Source: Candidatus Bathyarchaeota archaeon (GTDB lineage: Archaea > Thermoproteota > Bathyarchaeia > 40CM-2-53-6). From it: a stretch of 64,000 bases of DNA. Of this stretch, positions 51,199-59,191 are shown one piece after another. Under the pieces are notes generated by a model, which was not told where the DNA came from, did not search any database, and saw only the letters and a list, made by a program, of their open reading frames with translations. Every line of letters begins with the position of its first letter. Position 1 is the first letter of the stretch. Where the stretch lies: positions 480,001 through 544,000 of the forward strand of contig CAVTBR010000001.1 in the NCBI GenBank assembly GCA_963733055.1, read 5' to 3'. Made by a program: the position numbers and the translations under genes.

Positions 51199-51516
51199 AT
51201 GCAAGACTACTCTGAACCAGAATATGTGATGGGAATGTCGAAGAAGATTAAGGTTCGGTGTGTAGGTTGTGGAGCGATTATTCGCGGCCGATCGACTCCA
51301 ATGATGTTGCAGATTACTCATAGCCAGCAAAGCCTGCTAGAGTCGGCCAGAGCGTTGGGTTTCACGTCGTCAAGCTGGCGGATTGGAGGGGTTATGAAAG
51401 CTCCAATGCATCGTAAATGTTTCATATTTGCTACCCGCGTGTGGAAGCTTGCCTTCATCACTCGGGCTCTCAGTCCGCGTCGTCACCCTGGCGAGCCGAC
51501 TCATCCATCAGTCTAG
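51199..51516 (+). CDS. Small hypothetical protein with CxxC...HxxC (possible Zn-binding)
   Basis: RCVGCG..MHRKC; lies between two repeat copies; start may be 51235. Confidence 0.45.
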   Translation: MQDYSEPEYVMGMSKKIKVRCVGCGAIIRGRSTPMMLQITHSQQSLLESARALGFTSSSWRIGGVMKAPMHRKCFIFATRVWKLAFITRALSPRRHPGEPTHPSV

Positions 51517-51614
51517 AGTAATTAGATCTGCACTTCCTTGCATACACGCAGAGAAGCGTGTGTTATAGCTTGTCCGCGATGGGAATTTGAACTGTTGTCG
51601 TTCATGTAATTTTT

Positions 51615-51645
51615 TGTGTGTGAGATCAATGGTGCGCACACACAC
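51615..51645 (+). repeat. Intergenic palindrome family, full copy
   Basis: TGTGTGTGAGATCAATGGTGCGCACACACAC. Confidence 0.9.
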
Positions 51646-51699
51646 TTCCACGGTGTCAACCGATTTATAGCGCGGTGACTCTTACTCGCTTGATTGCAA

Positions 51700-52608
51700 A
51701 TGAAGATCGGGTTCTTCCTTCCGCAGATCGGCCCTGCCGCTAATGTTGATTCGATTGTTAAGGTTGCGAAGCGGGCTGAGGAGTTGAAGTATGATAGCGT
51801 TTGGGTGACTGATCGATTGCTGTACCCTACGAATCCTCAGACAGCATACTTTGGCGGTCCGCTACCCGACCCATACAAACGTGTTTTCGACCCTTTGGAA
51901 ACGTTGACGTTCGCTGCTGCGCATACGAGCCGAGTAACGTTAGGAACAAGCGTCTTGGACATCCCCTTCTACAATCCAGTGACCCTAGCCCGCCGCTTAA
52001 CCACAATGGATGTTTTGTCCCGTGGAAGGCTGAGAGTTGGGTTCGGGCTCGGTTGGTCGAAGGATGAGTATGACGCCACTGGAGCGGAGATGAAAACTCG
52101 CGGCAAACGCGCAGACGAGTTCCTCAGCGTGCTTCATGCAATATGGACCACGGACCCCGCCGAGTTTCACGGCAAATACTTCCAACTTCCAAAATCCACA
52201 ATCCAACCGAAACCAACCCAGAAACCCCACCCTCCAATCTACCTAGCCGCATTCTCCCCAGGCGCAATGAAACGCACAGCCAAGCTGGCCGACGGATGGA
52301 TGCCGGTAGGCATGACGGTTGAGCAACTCAAATCCACATCAACCCAACTCCGAACCATGGTGAAAGAGGCGGGACGCGATCCAGCTAGTGTGAAGGTTAT
52401 CGCGCGATACAACTTCGCCGTAACTCCACAACCACAAGGCAAGGATAGAATGTTCTTCTCGGGAACGCTTGCACAGATCAAGGAGGATGTGGCAGCAATC
52501 AAAGCATATGGACCTGACGAGCTAATTCTAGACCCTACGTTCTCACCAGACACTCATACCGAGCAGGACTTCCTCCGAAACATGGAAGAACTCCGCAAAA
52601 TGCTCTAA
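51700..52608 (+). CDS. LLM-class F420-dependent oxidoreductase
   Basis: YDSVWVTD, DPLETLTFAAA, LGTSV, GRLRVGFGLGW, PKPTQKPHPPI. Confidence 0.9.
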   Translation: MKIGFFLPQIGPAANVDSIVKVAKRAEELKYDSVWVTDRLLYPTNPQTAYFGGPLPDPYKRVFDPLETLTFAAAHTSRVTLGTSVLDIPFYNPVTLARRLTTMDVLSRGRLRVGFGLGWSKDEYDATGAEMKTRGKRADEFLSVLHAIWTTDPAEFHGKYFQLPKSTIQPKPTQKPHPPIYLAAFSPGAMKRTAKLADGWMPVGMTVEQLKSTSTQLRTMVKEAGRDPASVKVIARYNFAVTPQPQGKDRMFFSGTLAQIKEDVAAIKAYGPDELILDPTFSPDTHTEQDFLRNMEELRKML

Positions 52609-52638
52609 ACCATCCCCCCAGTTCTCCGTCAATTGTAC

Positions 52639-52653
52639 GTGTGGAATCAATAG
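52639..52653 (+). repeat. Intergenic palindrome family, left half
   Basis: GTGTGGAATCAATAG, matching the left part of the 56911 copy. Confidence 0.45.
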
Positions 52654-52679
52654 AAGACAAGATTTGTGAGTGATTTCCG

Positions 52680-53153
52680 GTGGAAACAGAGCTAAAGGTT
52701 GGTGACGCGGCACCTGATTTCGAAGGCCAAACGTCCAAAGACACACAGGTTCGTCTGAAAGATTACATTGGAAAGAAGAATGTGGTGCTTTACTTCTACC
52801 CGAAGGATGATACCAAAGGTTGCACAATAGAAGCCTGCAGTTTCAGAGACAAGCTCCAATCGATAGCGGCTCTCTGGACAGAGGTTGTAGGCGTTAGCGT
52901 GGACACCGTTGAATCTCACAAAAAGTTCACCGAGAAGAACAGTCTCAACTTCCCATTGATCAGCGACCAAGACAAGCAGATTTCGAAGACCTACGGAGCC
53001 TTAAGCGAAGACGGCTCGCATGCGCAAAGAATGACTTTCATAATCGACAAGGAAGGCAAGATTGCCAAAATCTTCCCGGACGTCGATATCACAAAACACG
53101 CGCATGAAATCATCACCGCACTGAAACAACTTCCACTCAAGAAGACGAACTGA
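52680..53153 (+). CDS. bcp: Peroxiredoxin, BCP/PrxQ type
   Basis: YFYPKDDTKGCTIEACSFRD. Confidence 0.92.
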   Translation: METELKVGDAAPDFEGQTSKDTQVRLKDYIGKKNVVLYFYPKDDTKGCTIEACSFRDKLQSIAALWTEVVGVSVDTVESHKKFTEKNSLNFPLISDQDKQISKTYGALSEDGSHAQRMTFIIDKEGKIAKIFPDVDITKHAHEIITALKQLPLKKTN

Positions 53154-53197
53154 AGAAAAATCCCAAGGCACCCGTGAGCCACTCGATCATCCGACTA

Positions 53198-53226
53198 TGT
53201 GTGTGCGATCAATGATGCACACACAC
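53198..53226 (+). repeat. Intergenic palindrome family, full copy
   Basis: TGTGTGTGCGATCAATGATGCACACACAC, a near-perfect hairpin with one bulged G. Confidence 0.9.
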
Positions 53227-53302
53227 CTGAAGCCGAAAAGAACTGCGCGAGGCATGCTTAACGCTGCTAGCGCAGTTTACTCCGATGGCTGTTCGGGTTT
53301 CG

Positions 53303-53596
53303 TTAAGGTGTTTTCTTTAGGGCCTGTTTTACCTGATCTTCTGGAAAGGCTCTGAGGCTCATGATTTTCACAGCGTCTGCGGAGAGCGAGCTTAGAAGCG
53401 CTACGAGCGCAGCATCGTCGTTAGGCATGTCCAGTATTTCCACAGCGTCGTACGGTCCGGCGGTTACGTAGCCGGTAAGCTTGCCCCCGGCCTGTTCGAC
53501 ACCTTTCTTGATCTGATCGCGGGTCGAAGTGTATTCTTGTTTGAAATTCTTCTTGCCTTTCTCCGTGAAGTTAACTAGTAATACGTATGTTGGCAT
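53303..53596 (-). CDS. GYD domain protein
   Basis: MPTYVLLVNFTEKG..GGKL..GPYDAV..LRAF. Confidence 0.85.
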   Translation of the reverse strand: MPTYVLLVNFTEKGKKNFKQEYTSTRDQIKKGVEQAGGKLTGYVTAGPYDAVEILDMPNDDAALVALLSSLSADAVKIMSLRAFPEDQVKQALKKTP

Positions 53597-53669
53597 AACC
53601 TCATCCTATCCATCGTGCCTCTAAAGGCCTTTGGAAAGGATATTCCAGAATTGCGTCCTATGTTTGCTA

Positions 53670-53698
53670 TGTGGTGGATCTACTGGTGCGCACCCACA
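53670..53698 (+). repeat. Intergenic palindrome family, full copy
   Basis: TGTGGTGGATCTACTGGTGCGCACCCACA. Confidence 0.85.
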
Positions 53699-53805
53699 AG
53701 ATATGAAAGCCAAGCTAGTGGGCAAAGTGGCATTAGCGAATAATCATAACCTAGAAATCGTACAGACCACAAACATGGGTTTGTTTTGTTAAAGGGGACT
53801 GGCGC

Positions 53806-54531
53806 TTGTCTACTGTTATGGTTCCTCCATTCCTAAAGGAACTAGTTCCTGGCGGGTTCGAATATGGTGCGAATCTTCTTGTTGAATTTGACTCCGACTC
53901 CGTCTGGTACGAAACGTCGCTCACAATCGCGGCTGACGCAATAAGAGCGGGGATAAAGATTGACTACCACAATTTCCAGCACACTCCTGACGACATTAGG
54001 AAAGCCCTCGACCGACGCGGATTAGATGTGAAGATGCTCGAAGAGAGTGACATGCTTTGGATCGTTGACAGCTACACGGTACAAACAGGACTCGATACCT
54101 CCAAAGGCCAATCCGATGTTACTGAGATCTCCGTGAAACTGCCGGATTGGAGCATCGCTCTGGCTAAGGATCTTAAGGCAGGCATCTCGGAAGTCATGAA
54201 AAGGCGCCTGCATATTGACGATAACACTGGCATCCTGCTTCAGTACAACGAGGAGAAAGCCATCATAGACTTCTGGCGTACGCGGTTTATCCCTTATTCA
54301 AGGGCACGCGAATGTGTCACGATACTGTCACTCTTGAGAGATGTCGCCTCCTCCTCATTCTACAAGCAGTACGAATCGCTATGCGACGGAATAATTGATT
54401 TCAAGAGCGAAGAACGAGAGAACGAAATTCAGCATTATGTGAGGATCAGAAGTCTCCGCGGCAGAGGATGCGATTCTCGGTGGAGAAAGCTCCGATTGTC
54501 GGATAATGGCGAAGTCACACTAGTGGACTAG
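53806..54531 (+). CDS. KaiC/RAD55-like protein lacking Walker A (paralogue 3)
   Basis: GFEYGANLLVEFDSDSVWY, HIDDN, DGIIDF, RIRSLRG..DSRW. Confidence 0.78.
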   Translation: MSTVMVPPFLKELVPGGFEYGANLLVEFDSDSVWYETSLTIAADAIRAGIKIDYHNFQHTPDDIRKALDRRGLDVKMLEESDMLWIVDSYTVQTGLDTSKGQSDVTEISVKLPDWSIALAKDLKAGISEVMKRRLHIDDNTGILLQYNEEKAIIDFWRTRFIPYSRARECVTILSLLRDVASSSFYKQYESLCDGIIDFKSEERENEIQHYVRIRSLRGRGCDSRWRKLRLSDNGEVTLVD

Positions 54532-54547
54532 GAAAATCAGGTTTTCC

Positions 54548-54579
54548 TGTGTGTGGATCTAATGGTGCGCGCACACACA
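54548..54579 (+). repeat. Intergenic palindrome family, full copy
   Basis: TGTGTGTGGATCTAATGGTGCGCGCACACACA. Confidence 0.9.
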
Positions 54580-54642
54580 AGAAAGAAATAGGAAGTTGCC
54601 GCCACCGAGGGTGCAATTCTACCGTTTCAGAGTGTTATTTCC

Positions 54643-55089
54643 TTACATGACGCCGATTTGTTTTAGCATTCCCAGCAAGTCGTAGTTTAATCTCTCCTCG
54701 ACGATCTCGCCGTTCTTCCATGTGGCTACCGTGCAGAACTCAATATGGAACTTTTTGTTTGTCGCAGGAATCATGTTCCCGTCAGCGCCCTTCATAGGCC
54801 CCTTCATCGTGCCTGTAAAATCGGCTACCGAGCAAGTATAGTCGCCTTGCCCGAATAGAATCTTGTACGGATTGTTCACTAGATGATTGTCAGGAAATAT
54901 TTTGAAGAATGCTGCAGATTCGACATCATGGTTATGCCGTCCTCTTGTTGGTTCGGGTTGACCGGGCCAGTATACGGCAACATTGTCAGTATGGCGCTTC
55001 CTGAACGTCTCCCATTCCGAACTTCCAGGTCCCGCATTCCAAGCGTCATCCAAAGTTTTCATCAGTCGTAGGTTATCTTCAACGCCCAT
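54643..55089 (-). CDS. SnoaL-like ester cyclase
   Basis: FPDNH, FTGTMKGPM..IPATNKKF, GEIVEE..YD..GMLKQIG. Confidence 0.85.
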   Translation of the reverse strand: MGVEDNLRLMKTLDDAWNAGPGSSEWETFRKRHTDNVAVYWPGQPEPTRGRHNHDVESAAFFKIFPDNHLVNNPYKILFGQGDYTCSVADFTGTMKGPMKGADGNMIPATNKKFHIEFCTVATWKNGEIVEERLNYDLLGMLKQIGVM

Positions 55090-55133
55090 TCAAACAGCCC
55101 CCTAAGGTATCTCTGTAATTGGCCGCAATAATA

Positions 55134-55159
55134 GTGTGTGTGCGCACCAGCTGCCCCAC
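55134..55159 (-). repeat. Intergenic palindrome family, inverted copy
   Basis: Reverse strand GTGGGGCAGCTGGTGCGCACACACAC. Confidence 0.8.
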
Positions 55160-55200
55160 CTCTCCGTAAACTCGCTTCCTTGTGAACTTTCTAATTGAAA

Positions 55201-56214
55201 CTACAACCTCGGTCCGGCGTCTCGAATGAGCGGCGCTGTAGCGCAATGCGGACCTCCCCCGCTTTTTATGAACTCACTCATATCGACTGTTATGACATCT
55301 ACGCCCTCTCTTTCTAGCCTCTTCTGCGATTTACCAAATCCCTCAAGCATCATGACCTTTCCAGGTTCAAGGGCAAAGGTATTGCAGGCGTAGTCCTTTG
55401 CTTCCTCCGGCTCTACTTCTATGATATTGATACCTCGCCGTTTTAGGTATTCCAAGAAGTCGAACGGCACTCCGGCAGGGTAGACCATGGCGAGCCCCGA
55501 GTCAACATAGCCAAAGACGCAGTCTAAATGCGCGAATCCTCCAGCAGGCCAATTAATATTCTCAATCCAACCCGGTAGAGGCACTGTGACGATATCTTCC
55601 ACGCCTACCGACCTGAGTACACTCGATACTTGGTCTATGCCGTCTTGATTCGTCCTAATGCTTTTGCCTATGCATACGTGCGTCGGGTCAAGCCAGATCA
55701 CATTTCCTCCTTCGATCGTACCCCGACCGTGTACGGTATACAAGATGGGACATCCCAATTCCATGACCCTTTTAGCCCACCAATATTCTGCCCCCCTGTC
55801 CCAGGGTAATGAAGTGCGGTTTACTATTGCTCCTCCGTTAACAACGAAACCGTAGTCCCTCGTTCCCCAGATACCTTGTAGTTGAGCGTATAGACCTGCA
55901 ACGCCTGGCGGGGCTTTCATGTCATGAACTACTATTCTCTCCTTTCTCAGAATCTCGACAAAGCTATCGTGTTGCTTGCCAGCTTTCTCTGGGTGAATCT
56001 TCTTGGTTATGCCGTGCCATCGCAAGTTCTTCTTGGGGGCTATCTCAAGTCCGGGTCTCTGAACCAGTACTTCTCTGAGTTTTCCGATCTCGCTCTGTGC
56101 ACCCCACTTCTTCCCCCAGATTAGGGCTAGCTCATCATCGTAAGTAGAAGCGAGTGGAAGCGCAGGTTTCGTTTTGTCTATTTCCATCAAAGCCTTCTTT
56201 TTGCTCATCCTCAA
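55201..56214 (-). CDS. Amidinotransferase/dimethylarginase (pentein) family hydrolase
   Basis: SEIGKLREVLV..P, TRD, IEGGN, RTN, HLD, GGGPHC. Confidence 0.88.
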   Translation of the reverse strand: MRMSKKKALMEIDKTKPALPLASTYDDELALIWGKKWGAQSEIGKLREVLVQRPGLEIAPKKNLRWHGITKKIHPEKAGKQHDSFVEILRKERIVVHDMKAPPGVAGLYAQLQGIWGTRDYGFVVNGGAIVNRTSLPWDRGAEYWWAKRVMELGCPILYTVHGRGTIEGGNVIWLDPTHVCIGKSIRTNQDGIDQVSSVLRSVGVEDIVTVPLPGWIENINWPAGGFAHLDCVFGYVDSGLAMVYPAGVPFDFLEYLKRRGINIIEVEPEEAKDYACNTFALEPGKVMMLEGFGKSQKRLEREGVDVITVDMSEFIKSGGGPHCATAPLIRDAGPRL

Positions 56215-56397
56215 GCACCTCTGTTGGTTAGATTGCGGCTAGGTCAGGATCATGTGCTAATAGATTTCTGCATAGATTATTGAAAACGAATACAACAGAA
56301 GGCAATGGCATCGGACCTTCGGCATCATCAGCGGCGGCTAGTGTTGCGAGAAACTAGATGAAAGCTTGCTGGCGTCGAAATTTGAACCGTCAAAAAA

Positions 56398-56428
56398 GTG
56401 TGTGTGTGCGCACCATTAGCCCCACACA
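56398..56428 (-). repeat. Intergenic palindrome family, inverted full copy
   Basis: Reverse strand TGTGTGGGGCTAATGGTGCGCACACACACAC. Confidence 0.88.
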
Positions 56429-56483
56429 GACGCACCAGCATACCCACCCCCCAGAAAATACGAATCAAATGACGGTTATGTGA

Positions 56484-56840
56484 CTAGGCTGGTAAGCTTA
56501 AACACTTTGCAACACTATCGGCGACTTCCGTTGGATTTGCATTCAACTCTACTCCGATTGAAAGATGTCCATCCTTGAAAGGAAAAATAAGTTCATACAT
56601 TGTGCCATACCGAACGACTAGGTATCGCATTCCGTTCATGTCGAGATTTCCTCTTCGCCGAGTCAGTTCAAGAAGTATAGGGTTCACTATGAGTTCCTCC
56701 ATCCGATCAGTTTCTGTGGGGTTAAGGCTCGGCCGCTTCGGGTTCTGTTCCATCTCGACGATCAGCCCTCTCTGATTTATTGCAACATAGCGAATATTCG
56801 GATTAAGGTCAAACAGCCTAGCACTAGTCTTCTCACTCAT
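56484..56840 (-). CDS. Hypothetical protein (roadblock/profilin-like fold suspected)
   Basis: NIRYVAI..YLVVRYG..LIFP..HLSIGVE pattern. Confidence 0.6.
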   Translation of the reverse strand: MSEKTSARLFDLNPNIRYVAINQRGLIVEMEQNPKRPSLNPTETDRMEELIVNPILLELTRRRGNLDMNGMRYLVVRYGTMYELIFPFKDGHLSIGVELNANPTEVADSVAKCLSLPA

Positions 56841-56910
56841 CGGCGGCGTCCTTCGGCAGAACCAGCCCTACACACCTAAACTTCAAGTTTACCTGATGCA
56901 CCCGTTTTCA

Positions 56911-56938
56911 GTGTGTGGTATCAATAGTGCGCACACAC
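56911..56938 (+). repeat. Intergenic palindrome family, full copy
   Basis: GTGTGTGGTATCAATAGTGCGCACACAC. Confidence 0.9.
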
Positions 56939-57056
56939 TTTTCCTAACGGCCCCGGAGTGCACTGAGGGCACGCTCCCAATCTACCGAGAGACTCGTCAT
57001 GCCATATGCGCTACAGAACGCGGGCTTGTCAGAAGACTTCGGGGGTCACCTATCTC

Positions 57057-57707
57057 TCACATGTTTTTTGCTTTGCGACTCAGGAGCAATAAATGCTGAA
57101 GTCCACGACTTACCCAGAGGCTTGCCAGAATCGCATACCAAAGGTAGAATCGCAGTGGAGTGCCTTGGATCATCCAGGACCAAAAGATTGGAAGAGCGGA
57201 TAACCCAAACAACCCAGCGGATATAAACTGCGTATTACGGAGCCACGTATACCCACCAATTAATTCCGGCTCGACCATTTCCTCTTTCCTCGTCAACATC
57301 TGTGCAAACAACCCCAAAATTCCAGTCAGGCCGGTCAAGTCGAGAGCGTAAATTTGAGATGTGAATGCAAGCATAGCGTGGTTTGCGGTGGCTGGGCCGA
57401 AAGTGATGAGGCTAAGCAGGTAGGGCTCGATCGAAACGAAGAAGAGCAGGAGGATATTCAGCCACATCATCATCCCCCTCTCGAAGCGGTCTCGCGGCCA
57501 GGCAGTTACCATACCAGTGTATCTGGACCAAACAGAAATCAAAATGAAGAAACTAAAACCGAATCCGAAAATGTCAGCCACAACGTCACTTGGATTGACG
57601 GCCGGTCGACTCAGCAACGACAACGATCCAATCGAGAGAGCCAGGCCGAATATCAAATCAGAGAGGGATTCGATTCTAGGTTTCGGAATTCGTACACCGA
57701 ACGTCAA
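57057..57707 (-). CDS. TMEM175-like K+ channel, copy 2
   Basis: RIESLSDLIFGLALSI; FVSIEPYL and IYALD shared with 41117-41755. Confidence 0.78.
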   Translation of the reverse strand: MTFGVRIPKPRIESLSDLIFGLALSIGSLSLLSRPAVNPSDVVADIFGFGFSFFILISVWSRYTGMVTAWPRDRFERGMMMWLNILLLFFVSIEPYLLSLITFGPATANHAMLAFTSQIYALDLTGLTGILGLFAQMLTRKEEMVEPELIGGYTWLRNTQFISAGLFGLSALPIFWSWMIQGTPLRFYLWYAILASLWVSRGLQHLLLLSRKAKNM

Positions 57708-57831
57708 TCACCCACGTAAATGTCCAGCGAGTTAACAGTGAATTTTCGCTAATAAGCTCCTTTTTCCCGACCAAACGTGGACAATCAGTCTGGTCAAACA
57801 GCGAAGGAAGCAAGAGGATGTTCAGTGGAAA

Positions 57832-57861
57832 GTGTGTGTGGATCGAATCGTGCGCACACAC
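57832..57861 (+). repeat. Intergenic palindrome family, full copy
   Basis: GTGTGTGTGGATCGAATCGTGCGCACACAC. Confidence 0.9.
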
Positions 57862-57885
57862 TAGCGGATCCTAGGGTCGCTCGTA

Positions 57886-58083
57886 TTATGGAGGCATTAC
57901 TCTTTTGCCGCTTCTCTTATCGAACATAACCGTCCACCCGCCCCTTGGAGAAACGCCTCTGATAACATAAAAATCCGCATCTTCGAACTTTTCAGTAACC
58001 GCTGCCTGATGCCACGCGGTTCTAGCGAATAGCTCCGCACGCCTAGAAGCCTCATTCAAGTCCAAAATCTTCTCAGGTTCCAT
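57886..58083 (-). CDS. Small hypothetical protein (PepSY-like pattern)
   Basis: MEPEKILDLNEASRRAE...WTVMFDKRSG; AGGAG upstream of the ATG. Confidence 0.5.
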   Translation of the reverse strand: MEPEKILDLNEASRRAELFARTAWHQAAVTEKFEDADFYVIRGVSPRGGWTVMFDKRSGKRVMPP

Positions 58084-58266
58084 TCTCCTTTCGGGCATTC
58101 TGCGCCGGTTCCTCTGCCACTCACGCCTAGCCAAGACAGTCCCCAATGGCGATAACTTGGACACGTGAATAGAACTTTTCCCGCGGCGGCTAGAACTAGT
58201 ATAGGGTATTGGCGCAGGTTGTTGTGTCGATGCGGCTGTGTGAGTACCTGAATTTGAATCGACGTC

Positions 58267-58290
58267 GGTCCTAATGGTGCGCACACACAC
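58267..58290 (+). repeat. Intergenic palindrome family, core plus right arm
   Basis: GGTCCTAATGGTGCGCACACACAC. Confidence 0.8.
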
Positions 58291-58364
58291 TTACCACGCT
58301 AAACGACGGCGGTTCAAATCATCGTGCTCGCACCAGCTGTAACACTCCCGAAGAGGATTAGGAA

Positions 58365-59084
58365 CTATTGACTCAATGTAACTTCGCCAGTGTCTAACAG
58401 GCGGATTTTTCGCCAAGAGGAGTCAAATGGCTTACCTCGCAGTAACCTTACCCGTACACGCTGCTCCATTCGGCCTTCCGTCTCTTTACCCTCGAAATCG
58501 ATTATCCCATCAGACAACGATTCGCATTGCCTATAGAAAGACTCCGAAGCCACTCCAGTCAAAAGAGAAAATATCCACAAAGATCCTGAGGCTTTGGTGT
58601 CGGGGATTCCTCGGGTCCTGAGCCAATCGACAATCGCGTTTTCCGAGTTATACCTGTTAAGAACCGAAAGATTATCGTCGATGTGCAACCAGCCCTTTTG
58701 TTCCTCCGCGTAGCCTTCCTTCAACAGTCGGGATTGGGTGAGGCTCATGTCGGCAAGCTTCACGCTCTGAGTCTCTTCCGTTACGCGTAATCCAAGTTGA
58801 GTGGTGTAGCTATCCTTGATTCTTAGAGCGCCCTCTTCCTCAAGTTTCTTAGCATTCAAACCGAGATTGGTGAGAGCGTTTCTAATCTCGTTAGGATTAC
58901 GTTCGAATGTATGGTACTCAGTTTTCAGACCATCTCTCAAAGCACCAGCTGCAATTGTAAACGACGTTTCATACCAGATAGAGTCCGGTGCGAATTCGAT
59001 GAGTAAATTCGTCCCATATTGGATTCGACCTTGAATTGAGCCCTTCAGGATAGGCAAGGCAGCAGCTCGGGACAAGCGGTTCAT
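58365..59084 (-). CDS. KaiC/RAD55-like protein lacking Walker A (paralogue 4)
   Basis: IQYGTNLLIEFAPDSIWY, HIDDN, DGIIDF, RVRLLRG..DSSW. Confidence 0.78.
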   Translation of the reverse strand: MNRLSRAAALPILKGSIQGRIQYGTNLLIEFAPDSIWYETSFTIAAGALRDGLKTEYHTFERNPNEIRNALTNLGLNAKKLEEEGALRIKDSYTTQLGLRVTEETQSVKLADMSLTQSRLLKEGYAEEQKGWLHIDDNLSVLNRYNSENAIVDWLRTRGIPDTKASGSLWIFSLLTGVASESFYRQCESLSDGIIDFEGKETEGRMEQRVRVRLLRGKPFDSSWRKIRLLDTGEVTLSQ

Positions 59085-59180
59085 CTAAGCTCGCAATCGA
59101 ATTAGGCTTGATATCTGTCTTGCGAAGCGGTTGGTATGCGGTCGGCTGAGGTAAGCGTCTGAAATTGAATCACGGGTTTA

Positions 59181-59190
59181 GTGTGTGTCT
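59181..59190 (+). repeat. Intergenic palindrome family, left-arm remnant
   Basis: GTGTGTGTCT preceded by GAAATTGAATC; short, so weak evidence. Confidence 0.35.
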
Positions 59191-59191
59191 G

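Noticed and set aside
51631-51645. GGTGCGCA core matching the start of the E. coli dif XerC arm (GGTGCGCATAA)
   Set aside because: Only 8 nt match; there is no ATAA-N6-TTAT centre or XerD-like arm, so it is probably coincidental.
51615-58290. Repeats read as a CRISPR array
   Set aside because: Copies are separated by 0.4-1.6 kb containing whole genes, vary in sequence and orientation, and no cas genes are present.
58084-58290. Long N-terminal extension of ORF 57886-58290
   Set aside because: The GTG start comes from the repeat itself and the extension looks non-coding; ATG at 58083 has an AGGAG upstream.
51583-58320. Canonical integron attC array
   Set aside because: No exact RYYYAAC/GTTRRRY boxes, mixed gene and site orientation, and no IntI in the window; kept only as an analogy.
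58308-58320. GGTTCAAATC read as a tRNA T-loop or att site
   Set aside because: No surrounding T-stem or acceptor-stem pairing; treated as part of the flanking motif instead.
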